A DNA stretch of 48,075 nucleotides, filler included, from Jimgerdemannia flammicorona (Eukaryota): assembly GCA_003990765.1 (NCBI GenBank). It is 2 parts of 2 records of this genome, joined end to end, with 100 filler letters (N's around TTAATTAATTAA, not from the genome) between each part and the next. Parts side by side here need not be neighbours in the genome. Positions count along the whole stretch, not along the records: positions 1 to 23,988 come from RBNJ01001036.1; positions 24,089 to 48,075 come from RBNJ01001037.1. One strand, given 5' to 3'. How positions within the stretch are numbered: position 1 is the stretch's first letter; each line of letters begins with the position of its first letter. A model generated the notes under the pieces. The model worked only from the letters and a program-made list of their open reading frames with translations, did no database searches and was not told where the DNA came from. This document shows, one piece after another, positions 13,501-24,891 of the stretch. Made by a program: the position numbers and the translations under genes.

Positions 13501-15420
13501 AACAGTAGATGGCCTGCTAGCCAGACTAAGAGCTAGGCAGTTGGAGGAAGGAGAGAGACCAACTAAATATCTGTCTGGCATTTTGAAGGCCAGAAAGATT
13601 TGATACAGCTGGGCCTCAGTATTGTATGAAGATAGAGTAGAGGTCTCTGAGATTACCAATATGTTGGGAAAGGTCTCAGAACAATAGCAGGCTCTCTGAT
13701 AGGATAGAAGAGAGTATGCTGAGAATGTGGTGCTTTGGAAGAATGATGACAATATGGTGAACAATTGGCCAATGATAGTAATACCTGAGATAGAGGGGGT
13801 AGTGATGAATGAGGTGTCTTTGGATGAAGTTTTGGATGGAGATATTGAGAAAGACATAGTCTGGCTCATCACCTGGAGAGAATGGGTTGCCCTAGAAATT
13901 CTGGAAGGAGTTTCAGACAGAGTTTGGTAGCTGATTGGTAGAGATGATCAACTCTATTCTAAAGGAGGGCAGCTGGATTGGCAATGACTTCTTGAGATTA
14001 GTTTCCCTACTATATAAGGAAAAAGGTGATCAGTGGGTGTGGCAGAATTGGCAACCCATTATACTGCTGAATGTAGATAGAAAGCTGATCTCAAAGATTC
14101 TAGTAGAGAGGATGCAGCAGTATATTGGCATACTGGTGGGTGAGGAGTAGTGAGGTTTTGTCAAGAGAAGATAGATTAGAGATAGTATGACTTAGATGCA
14201 GAATGTCTTAGAAGGCTATAGGAGCTGGCAAGTAGATGGTAGGATGGTCTTTCTGAACCAAGAGAAAGCCTATAACAGAGTACAGTGGAATTACTTAAAG
14301 ACTATTCTAAGGAGGATGAGATTTGATATAGTAAAAGTAAGATAATTGATGAGCTTAGTATGGGGATACAGAGCAGCAGTTATGATGAATGGTTAGAGTG
14401 GCCCAGAGTTTTCTTTGGGACAAGGTATGCTATAGGGAGACCCTCTCTTTCTCCTCCTTTATATACTCTCTCTAGAGCCATTGCTGGTATGGCTAAAGGG
14501 GCAGCTTTCTGAACTATAGATGGGTGATATGGTCTGGAAGCTAAGTGCCTTCACAGATGACATGGTGGTAGAGTTGAGTAGTATGGAGGATGTAGACCTC
14601 TTATAGGAAGAGATTGGATAGTATGAGAGACTAGCAGGAGCTAAGCTGAATTAGGCAAGTATGAGACAATAGAACTTAGTGCTGGCCTGGGAGAATATGG
14701 ATAATTTGGACAATTGGTAGCCATTGAGAGTACTGTTTGGTATCTAAGTATTTGGTTCTCAGTATATGAGACAGTCCTGCCAAAGGAGTGGTGGAGTGGT
14801 ATGATTCAGAAGTTAGAAGGCACCTTGACTGGCTGGTCTGGAAGGAGTTTCTCCTTGATTGGCAGAATTGTGATCTTGAATATATATTGATTGCCCAAAT
14901 TGTGGTATCTAGGGTATCACTTGGATTTTCCAGGGTGGGTAGTGTAGCAGCTGAAGAAGATTGTAAAAGGCTGGTTAGATATTGAAAGCAGCCACAGGTT
15001 GGGTGAGATATATTGGTAATATAGACAACTGATGGTGGCCTGGAGTTGGTGGACTTCAGGTGATGGCTAAAAGTACTTAGAGGCTAGTAGGGGTACTGGC
15101 TGGCTGAACTAAGTGAGGGGGGCTGGGGCAGGCTGGCTATGGACAATTGAGAGGTTTGGTTCTACTCTCATGATGAGGTTTGGAAGAATATGTGGGGTCT
15201 GCTTCAGGTTAGAAATGTCTATTGATTATGGTATAAGGGGTTTTGGTGGGATATAGTAGAGACCTGGCTGGTCATGGGGTTGGTAGGGCTAGAGATAGAG
15301 GTTGGTGAGAACTCTGAGCAGAGATGATGATAATTGAGAGATCTCTATATTGGTGACTATAGTCTGAAGGAGTACTTACTGATTGAGGCAATAAAGTAGA
15401 TCAGGTCTGACTCTCTGGAG
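10547..15420 (+). mobile_element. Decayed, 3'-truncated L1/Tx1-type LINE (LINE-B): ORF1 ~10547-12430, ORF2 ~12430-15420
   Basis: ORF2 starts MMMNSLYILSININGL (APE); ILGKDFN; RT motifs WQPIILLNVDRKLISKIL, FLNQEKAYNRV, GDPLFLLLY and AFTDDMVV; ORF1 RRM-like EVLSSYGEIVDFGFIFWEGT. No poly(A) or TSD seen. Confidence 0.88.
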
Positions 15421-16689
15421 AGAGCTAATAGAAGTCAAAATAAATTCAGAGTAGATGAGTAAAGAACTATATACAAGATCTCCTCAAAAGGACTAATATA
15501 TAGTCTAAGGCTTAAAAAAGCTCTACTCTTATTCTCTGAATCTATAAGCCTTGATTATATTACTATATTAGCTCTTGATTTCAGTTGGATACTACTAAAT
15601 AAAGAAGGTTCCACTTTCTAAACTTGTAGGCCTTGATCATATTACTGCATCAGCTTCTGGTTCTAGTTGGGTACAGTCAGAATGCTAGTCTTTATATGAT
15701 TCTACTCTCTGCCAGCTAATTAAAAAGTCTTACTGAGATAATACCTACCTTAACTCTGATAACTATTCCCAGTCTAATACTCTATTAATCTATTATTATT
15801 ACTCTTCTATCTATCTATAATAACTATTTCCTCTCTTATCCCAACTCTATCCAAAAAGAGATTATCTATATTAGAACTATATTTATTAAAAAGCTTACCA
15901 AAACTTAGAGAATTTTACTATAGATACTGAGAACCTATAGATAACCTATACTAGTACTTGATGTCCAAGGTCAGCTAACTCTATATGTAGTCTGTGATAT
16001 ATCAAATGACATTTTGTTAATAACAACAAAAGGAAGAAGATACTATATCAAAATAAGTATACTTTAGATACAGGCAAAGATATTAGAAACTATAAAAAAG
16101 TAGAGAAGATATCAATTCAATACTATTACCTCTCTCTTACTATACTTTTACAAATATAGCAAATCAATTCAAGATAGAGAAGATAATAATAGAGAAAAGA
16201 AAACTTAAAAAATTATCTACTAAACTTTATAACTAGTAAAATAACAAAAAAAGAGACCTCAGAAAACTTCACTATTATTACTTTAGAAATAAAAAATAAC
16301 CAACTAGAATAAAAACTAAAAACTCTATAATATGTATAAGAGAAAAGATAGCTAAGTTTCTTTAAAATAATTCAGAGAAAAAGAAAAATATTTTAAAAGT
16401 TACAAGTAAACCAATAGTGAAAATAAATCAAAACTAATTTCCAAGTAACATTAATATTTACTTTGTCTGATTTTATTATAGCATACCCCATATCACCTTT
16501 CAACTTATCTACTTAAAGAAGTTCTTTGCTATAATTCTGACTCCTGTTCTTGAGATATAAACATCTTGCTAAATTGTAACAAATGACCACCACTCACAAT
16601 ATTCTTTGGAACTTTTTTCTTTGAAAGAAAAACATAAAAAAACTCAGTTCCATAAGAAGTAACTTACTATAGTAACCATTAACATACTA

Positions 16690-17184
16690 ATTTATACAAG
16701 CAGTTGTATGCTGGCTATCCATACGGAATCAGCCATGTCTCTGAAGCCCCTATGGCTAAAGAGATTGTCCTGAACTCGAACTGCTATACAATGCAGTATT
16801 CATGCCAGTAAGATAAGAAAGAACTCTAACCACTCACCATACTTTTACAAAGTTGAGTTGCTGACTTCAGCGCAGTTGCAACAAAAGATGGCGAGTTCTT
16901 GCACCGATCTATGATCGTATCTAGTAATTTCTTGAAACGGAGGTACCACCTATTCTGTCTGTCATGAACGAGAAAGTTTCCTGTCATCCTTCTTGTTCAG
17001 CCATGACAAAAGGTCAACTTCTTTCCACTCATCCGGCTTCTTTTCTATGACGTACTCCATGAACTCTGCAAACACAGATATAGAGAGCGACAAGAGTTAG
17101 GAAGATTCTGACTCTCCACGAACAACGTAAACCTTTACCTACCAAAAGGTTTTCTGAGAATAACTCTTTTGCAAGGTTTGCCAT
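16690..17184 (-). pseudogene. Spliced gene relic of unknown function (frameshifted, decays into the TE zone)
   Basis: ATG at 17184 (MANLAKELFSENLLV), GT..AG introns near 17138-17066 and 16837-16784, exon FMEYVIEKKPDEWKEVDLLSWLNKK, then a frameshift to NRWYLRFKKLLDTII. CpG is retained. Confidence 0.45.
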
Positions 17185-17232
17185 CGTGCGGTGCGTTTTT
17201 TGTCAGGTGACGCCACCATATGAGCCACATCA

Positions 17233-17270
17233 CATGTTCACTTTGTCTGGTTTTGTTGCAGCACGCCCCA
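17233..17270. repeat. ~38-bp dispersed direct repeat (copies at ~16454-16490, 17233-17270 and ~23788-23821)
   Basis: CATGTTCACTTTGTCTGGTTTTGTTGCAGCACGCCCCA vs ATATTTACTTTGTCTGATTTTATTATAGCATACCCCA vs ATATTCACTTTTAGTTTTGTTGCAGCATGC. Confidence 0.75.
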
Positions 17271-17774
17271 AATATTCTTAATAATTTAAACTAGCTATTA
17301 ATTTAAATCATTTGAGTTTTCCGGTGGAGCTGCCTATATAGGACTCGTACTACTTGGGCCACCCAATTTTTTGATCCCATAACAACTCTACTCATAGACG
17401 GTGAACCACTTTCATTCCCGAATTGGAGTATCACCAATATCCCAAACGTCGGCCGGATCATTCATGGATACGTTCATTCCACCGAATGTACAAACGAGAT
17501 TGGGTGTTTTATCCGATCTCCTTTGCTTGCCAAACTCAGGCGGCGTTTAGACTGATCGTGATATCATAGTACGCTGAGAGAGCATCCTCATTTCATCATG
17601 TAGGGTAGAACCTTTCCAGTGTCTCCAATCGTTCACTACATCTTGCTAACAAACATGATATATATTTTTTTTTTTTTTTGGACCCTGTCCAATCATCGCA
17701 CGATCACAAACAAGCCACCCAATTTTCTTAACATTCCGGCTTTCCCTTCATCGCGAACCACTCACCATAACATT

Positions 17775-20003
17775 ATGAGCAAGTCCCTTGCTGACAAGCT
17801 GGCGGAGATGGATTCATCCGCTCCCGCAGGTGTTTTATCATTCGGCTGTCCACTGAAGTTCCTCTTTTATCTTCGTTGCAACCTCTAAGCGAACCGTTAC
17901 TTACCACCTTCGCAGACTTCGACCCTGAAGACTTCGGTGAGTCAGTCTTTAACGATATGCCCGACCGTGACTCTGGAGGCTCGGACGACGAGGCGCTGGA
18001 TAACTCTGTAGCAGCACGAGAGCACTATATACAAGTGGGCAAGAGCGCAATCCGGAGAAAGCAGCAATTCTTAATGGACGATCCGAAATATTCAGGCAAG
18101 CGGAGCAGCAGGCAGGCAATTTTCGATCAAGGAGAAGACGATGAAGTAAAGGAGGGGCAGGGGCAAGAGGAAGATGAATTCAGGGAGGAGGATGAGGGAA
18201 GCGAGGATCACAACCTGTCTGAAGGTGATGGTACGGAAGATGACGAATTCCGCCGCAATGGCAACGATGAGAATACTTTCGAGGAGCCTGAAGCATTAAA
18301 AAATGAGTTGGCGAAAATTGAGGAAGAAGAAAGGTAGGCAAGACACAACGTATCCAAGGTGGTTGATATGACTCCGGTATATTCATACCTGTTATTTTTG
18401 TTATTTCACAGGATCTTAATCCGAAACATGTCGCAAAGCGCTAAGGCTGATGTTGAAAAAGGCCAACACGTGAAGACGCAGCTGGTCAGTTCACTTTTTT
18501 ACCGCTCACATTTGGATTGAATGTGACCATCGTAGCTGAAAAACGCCGCCCTTCCGGTGAAATTTGGCCATGGCAGGGTCTATGGGATACCTTTTTGGAC
18601 ACTCGTATCCGTATCCAGAAGGCAGTTGTGATTGCGAACCAGCTACCACAGGTGTGTTGTACTTCTTTATTTTCATTATCGTTTCTCCCTTCTCCGTCTT
18701 TAGGCAGGATTCACAAGCCGTCTAAGGCATGTGTGCTCACTACTTTGGATACCACATTGTTTAGTGGGACACCATGCCAGTTTTTTTGACGCAGAATGAT
18801 AGGGCCACCTCGGTACTAGATGACGCCAAATCAGAGTTACGCGGGCTCATTGATTCAATACTTGACGTACGGGTGGTAGGACTCGTTTTACATTTACTTA
18901 CCGACAGTTCTTGAGGTTTTCTAAGACAATGCTTTACTCATCGCATGGCACTGTACGTACTCAAAAGGGATTATGCCACGACAACGATGTCATTGTGCTG
19001 CCCAAGGGCGCCGCGACAAGTCGAAAGCGCCACTTTAATAATGATGACGAATACATTGATCACCTTTGGCAAGATATCCGGGAATTGGACGATATGTGAG
19101 TTCTTTCCTTGTCTGGATATATCGGGTTCATCTTCAAAACTGTTTCCATCGCAAATGGGCATATATATTTATCTTTTCTACGTTACATTTACACCAATAG
19201 ATTCTTGCCATATCGGAATCAAACGGTCGAGAAATGGGGCAATAAGATGCAAATTGCATCCGGCATTCCACTGAACAAGAAATTCAAAGCGTTTGATCAG
19301 GTTGGCAGTACCTACTACTGAATTTCCTGTTTTACGAGGTGAATAAATACCGATTGGTTGCTACTATTGAAAATCGCCGGGGAACAATCGGGGATCGCAA
19401 TAGGCCCAATATACTTCGGATCTTCCATATCGAATCCAAAGACTAATAGTTGAGCCACCCTCCATTGATTTACGGTCAACCATTCTGTCGTTTTATTGGC
19501 CAATGCTCGTTTTTAGAGCATTCTGACACAAATGAATAGCATACTCGCCGATAGGGAGCGGTTGGTCAAAAGAACCCAGCTGAAACGTTCAGAGTTCAGA
19601 TCATTGGGCAAGGTAAACCACCTTTTGTGTGTATGTGCGGGGTCTGGCTGGAGTGGAATGCATGACTTTTCTGTCGAGTTTAGTGCTCCATATCTTTCTT
19701 ACCGGTTCTGTAACCCGTCATAGCTCGTAACAGATCCCAGCAATGCTATCGCCGTTGACCCTCCAACAGACTACCATCTTACACACCATGACCCCGAAAT
19801 CTTCGACGATACCGATTTCTATGGCCAACTACTACGTGAGCTGATCGAGTCGCGCATGGTGGACGCGACAGATGATCCAGCGGCCGCTGGGTTGCGCTGG
19901 GCAGCCTTGAAGCAGAGCAAACAACGAAAAAAGATAGTAGACACGAAAGCGAGTAAAGGAAGGAGATTACGGTAAGTGATGCTCAATCCGAAGGTTTGTG
20001 AGC

Positions 20004-20046
<43 letters not shown>

Positions 20047-20381
20047 CTCGACTACGCTGATTGCTCAAGTGAAAAGCTGAATCATGTAGTCTATCCTATA
20101 TTAGCTACGAATTCAGTAATGTTAATAATGTTATCTCCTTATTATATGTTTATTATATATACTTCCTATGCAGATACCACGTTCATGAAAAGTTGCAAAA
20201 TTTCATGGCCCCGGTACCCGCCGGTACTTGGCATGAGGAAATGACGGATGAGCTATACGCGTCACTGCTGGGTAAGTCAGGCCGTTCGATGGATGAGGGG
20301 AGCAAGGATGAGGCGGAGGAAGAAACAAAGTCGATGGACGTGAATGGAGCGGCAATTGATGGATTGCGGATTTTCGGTTAA
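17775..20381 (+). CDS. BFR2: Protein BFR2/AATF (Che-1), SSU processome factor; 10 exons
   Basis: Exons joined at GT-AG give [50 protein letters not shown], an acidic tract, [28 protein letters not shown] (AATF-Che1 domain), [18 protein letters not shown] and [25 protein letters not shown] (TRAUB domain). Stop TAA at 20379-20381. Confidence 0.93.
20007..20043. repeat. (TA)n microsatellite in the last BFR2 intron
   Basis: Perfect TA run. Confidence 0.9.
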
Positions 20382-20805
20382 CATATTGTTAGTAGAGGTT
20401 TTATGGTTACTATTGAATGATGCATTTTATTTTCGTGGACGGTAATAACCAGTGTCATCATATGAAGTAATGATGATTGACTGGGAATGTATACACATCA
20501 TAAACTTGATTTCGACCACACCGTTGCATGTAACTGTCCTTGGATTTGTTTACTAAATATTTACAGTTGTGGTTTTGTGAGTCAAAGAGTTTAACTACAG
20601 GACAATGATGGCAATGAACACCGATTTCCAAATTATACGTCTTCAGCATCGTCATCACCGTATTCAACGCTGACCAACGATGTTAACGAAAATGATGGTT
20701 GGTGATGAAAATCTATGAGGTGTAAAAGAGTGTAAGCGACATTGCATCGCGATTATCCATCATAAGAGCACACATAAAAATTCATGCGAGTTCAAAGATG
20801 AGATT

Positions 20806-22438
20806 CTAACCCTTGCTTTTGTTGACTCCGTCTTTGTCCACTATGTCCGTGCGTGGGTTTGTAACTCGTGTCTTTGCCAATGCTTTCGTCTCGGCTTTCT
20901 CCTTCACCCTCACCAAACCCACCAAACCGCCTGCTGCATCCGCTGCCACATTTCCCGTGTCGCCATCCCGAACCGCCTGAGCAACACGACCGAACCCAAC
21001 AGTAGACAGAAACGGATCGATCTTCAATTTAGTGTGCACGGTAGCCAAGACCCCCAGCTCCTTGACAACCGAACGCGGAGTAGTGCCGCTGCGCACGTCG
21101 TCTAATGGTCCACTGGTACGTCGTCGCTTTTTGTCCTGGTTGAAGATGGACGAAGCGGCGATCTCGAGCTTGCGTTTTTCGGCTTGTTCGAGGACATGGT
21201 CTATAGTCGAACGCACGGGTAAAATTAGAAAAGTCAACGGTGAGTTTCTACGGAAGGAGTTGATATCATGGCATTCAATTTAAACTATAAGTGCGTGGTG
21301 TATGGCCACGTCAAAGTTTTCTCTTATCGATAATACTGCCCACCTGCAAATTCCGTCGTCTTAGCCTTGATTTCATCCTCCTCCGATTTCGGCAACAATG
21401 GTATATGTAGTGAATTCCTGTCTCTGATCTCCTCGGCTACGCGCTCTTCCATCTTGGCCAGCATCTTGTCTTCTCTGAATTTTTTCCTGAGTTTCTGAGA
21501 TAACGCGTATGGGTCAGACCACTGTGTTTCGTTGAGCCGTTGCAGACGAGTGAGTGCGGGTAATGCTTCTTCGCGCTTTTTCTCGTCGGTAACGGTGTGT
21601 TCGAGACGGTAAAAGGCGTCGGCAGCGAGCTTTTCAGCGGTCTCTTCGTCTAAGAGCACGATGCAAGGGAGTCGACGGTATTGATGACTGAATTATTCAA
21701 TCGAGCTGCAATGGTAAAAATGGCATCTTACTCATTGTCAACATACCTTTGAGCTTGATAACCTCGCTATCTTCTGGCTCCCATTCCTCTATTTTCTTAC
21801 GCGCCCCACTAATCACGAGATACTGAGTGGTCTGAAAGCGCCCATAAATACGAGCAAGTGATGTGGCAAGTTCCCGACGACGATTCAAACGTAAATTTTC
21901 GCCCGTGGCAATCGCCTTTATTCCAACTCAACCCGCAGCCTACATATCTATAAGAATCTGAAAACATAAAAGAATGTGTTACCTTCGGATCGGTGTGTAT
22001 CTCAATCCAGTTATCGCAGAGGTGGCATTTCATTCGAAACTGCCATATGGATGTGCTATGGTACATGCCAATTTTCTTTTTTTCGGCATTAAAGCGAACA
22101 CCTGCAGTCAAACAAACATTTAGTGTGCGATCTATTTTGTACCAAAAACAAACAGAAGAGTAAACATACCCATCGCTATATGTTCCCCGCAACCATCGCA
22201 CCAAATATTAAAAGGTAACTCGAATCTTTGGCGGGGAGCACACGAAAAACGTCTTGAGCACCCAGTAGCTTAGGGTAGCAAAGGTTAGGGCCAATAGTTC
22301 TCTGACGCACCTTAAGATGAGAATGCCTTTATCGATCTTGCGGGCCCGGCTACCCAGCGGGTGCTTTCCGACGAAAGAGTTGACGGTACCCTTGTCTGGA
22401 GTCCAGTCTGGGGGGTAGTACTTATTGAAGGGCTGCAT
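20806..22438 (-). CDS. YJU2B: Saf4/Yju2-family (DUF572) splicing factor, CCDC130/YJU2B-like; multi-exon
   Basis: MQPFNKYYPPDW..HPLGSRARKIDKGILILR-FELPFNIWCDGCGEHIAM-GVRFNAEKKKIGMYHSTSIWQFRMKCHLCDNWIEIHTDPK-TTQYLVISGARKK..DAFYRLEH..WSDPYALSQKLRKKFR. Two CxxC zinc pairs and canonical introns. Confidence 0.9.
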
Positions 22439-22623
22439 TGGATGTCGAAGTGGAGCAAGTGTAAGTACAAATGCGATTGTGTTCATACTCATCGCTGTAT
22501 CACATGACCAGGCAAACGTGATGTCATTCCGGCTATAACAATGAGAACATGTGATAAAAACACAAAAACACCGTCGGAAATCGTAGCGCATTACACGAAG
22601 AACTATCCTAAAGCCTCCTCTCG

Positions 22624-23672
22624 ATGGCGCGCCTACGAAAACACCTCGAAATTTTGTCCAAGTCAACCTCTTTCACCTTGACAATACGACTGAAAGCCAC
22701 GAGGCTTCTGGAAACGTGGAAGGTAATGTTGAATTGTTTCTTTCCGCGCGTGGATAAGGACCGTGTTCATACAAGGGACTACGCCTCGCCTTGTATGGGA
22801 TTGGTTCGAAGAAAACTGGGTCAGACTTCGCATTCTTTGGCCACAGCAGTTTTCAGCAGCACACTAGGGACTGCTTCTCGTCTGGTGTCGAACTGCGACT
22901 TCGCTGCTCCATGCTTTAGCTGTTCCGAGTCCTTTCAGGCGCATGTATTTGTAATCAGTGCTAGACTAATGTCAACAAAGCGAAGCTCAGAAAAGAAGAC
23001 GAACTTGCCGATATGATCATCAACTACGTCGCAAATAAAAAGAACGCGAACTCATTATGGTTCGTTGGGGCAAGGTTTTGTTATTGTCTTTGTGCTGAAA
23101 TATTGCGGCAGATGTTAGTAAGTGATCCTTGCACAATCCAGGAAGAGCAGCAAAAAACAACCGGGGTTACGAGGATCGTTACGAGAAGCAGGTGGAGGTA
23201 AAGTCCAAGAGGAGGGATATTTCATTGAGGTGAGTAGTTCCTTCTTTTTTTTTTAGCAATGCAAGAAAAGGTCGTTAATATTTTTATGTTCTGATCCTTG
23301 GGATAAAGAATCGCACATTGGTACGGAAGTAAAGAATATAGATGTTTGTACATATTTCATGCTTATTGTCTCATCGCTTATTGTTTGCACAAACTCAGAG
23401 TAAATCCCATGTGGCGGATTTAAACAAAAAGGTAAGGGCGCTATCGCTTCTCTAACTTCATCCAATGCTTCAGATTCATGGCGATTCACCATTGGTTTGC
23501 AGATGAGATTGGATTCTCTGAACGAAGAAGAATATGAGGAAGATGAATTCGTAGACATTCCAGCCATCACCAAAGATCCCAACCTATATGTGGATGGCCT
23601 GAATATACGCTCGCCAATCAACATGTGACGTCAATCGGCAAAATATGTCTCTGAGATAAGCAAACAAAAGTA
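22624..23672 (+). pseudogene. Probable spliced gene relic of unknown function, divergent from YJU2B
   Basis: Exon-like blocks with donors or acceptors: MARLRKHLEILSK..LLETWK|GTAATG; TNVNKAKLRKEDELADMII; EEGYFIE|GTGAGT; LDSLNEEEYEEDEFVDIPAITKDPNLYVDGLNIRSPINM*RQSAKYVSEI (internal stop). Confidence 0.4.
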
Positions 23673-23988
23673 GGTCCTTTATGATCCATTTATTGCACCG
23701 AGCGTGTTTGAGCGTGTTTGAGCGGTAAAATAACTTTTATGTTCATTTTTCAGACATTATCATTGATACTATCAAGTGTGACACCAAATATTCACTTTTA
23801 GTTTTGTTGCAGCATGCTTTATATATAAACAAATTTAGCTTTTGAAGTTTAACTAAAACTAAAGTTTTATTTTTTAATAAATTAAGTTATATTTTTAATA
23901 AAAATTATATTTTAAAATAAAAATTATCTGTTTAGTTATATTCTCAGTTATAGACTAACAGATGAGTTATTTATATCGGATGGGGGGG

Positions 23989-24088
23989 NNNNNNNNNNNN
24001 NNNNNNNNNNNNNNNNNNNNNNNNNNNNNNNNTTAATTAATTAANNNNNNNNNNNNNNNNNNNNNNNNNNNNNNNNNNNNNNNNNNNN
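23989..24088. other. Assembly gap with artificial six-frame stop linker
   Basis: N44-TTAATTAATTAA-N44. Confidence 0.97.
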
Positions 24089-24891
24089 CTGTCCTACGAG
24101 ACATATGGTCACAGAGCACACATTTTACCCCAAGAGAGCTGCTCTTCGGAGAAGAAGATTCTGATGGAACCTCAGCCACAAATCTAGACCTAACTTGGAG
24201 ATGGGTTGATGCAGAGATCCGGAGACTACACCAAATCAGGAAGAAGGCTGAAGATTATATCACCAAGTCACAAGCACTGACAAGGAAGAATGCGGAAAAG
24301 AATCACAAGACCCTAGAACCCATCCGAATTGGAGAAAAGGTTCTACTGTATCGAAATATGGTAGAAGCCTCATGGTCACGAAAACTGGAGCCCAAATGGG
24401 AAGGACCCTTCTATGTACAAGATATCAAGGGAACTACCTTCTGGCTTAGAAAAATCTCAGGGACCATACTGCCTACCATGGTACATAGGAACAGACTCAA
24501 GAAGTACCATGAACCTATACAAGAGAAGCAAGATGTGATGACCGCTCGTGAGGTTCTAGTCCGCGAATCGTAACAGCATGTCCCGTGACCAGCAGGCTAT
24601 CTGTCTGGACCATTCTCTAAGGGATACGGCACTGGCAACTACATACTCATCCGTGAAGACTTTCGCAGACAGAGGAGTTCGAACCGTCAACTGATTGGTC
24701 AGGATCAGAATCAGGCCCTTGCTCTATATGAAGGGAGCGACCCTTCACCATCACGCCAAAATACAAAGGGAAGACGCCAGCCCATAAACACCAGTTTTCG
24801 ACCCCTTGCCAGAGGTTATGGGATCAGCAAATTTTTCGGGACTGGACCAATGAATAAGGATGCTCAGGAAGATCCTTATTCAGAAGGAAGA

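Noticed and set aside
15420..16400. Possible RNase H-bearing LINE remnant
   Set aside because: Only faint motifs (e.g. T*CPR) in very AT-shifted sequence; cannot be supported as a feature.
23253..23624. 123-aa minus-strand ORF
   Set aside because: Splice signals and the more protein-like translation are on the plus strand, so it is probably a shadow ORF.
23700..23725. GAGCGTGTTT x2.5
   Set aside because: Trivial short tandem duplication.
24033..24044. TTAATTAATTAA palindrome within Ns
   Set aside because: Artificial contig linker, not biological. Adjacency across the gap is unverified.
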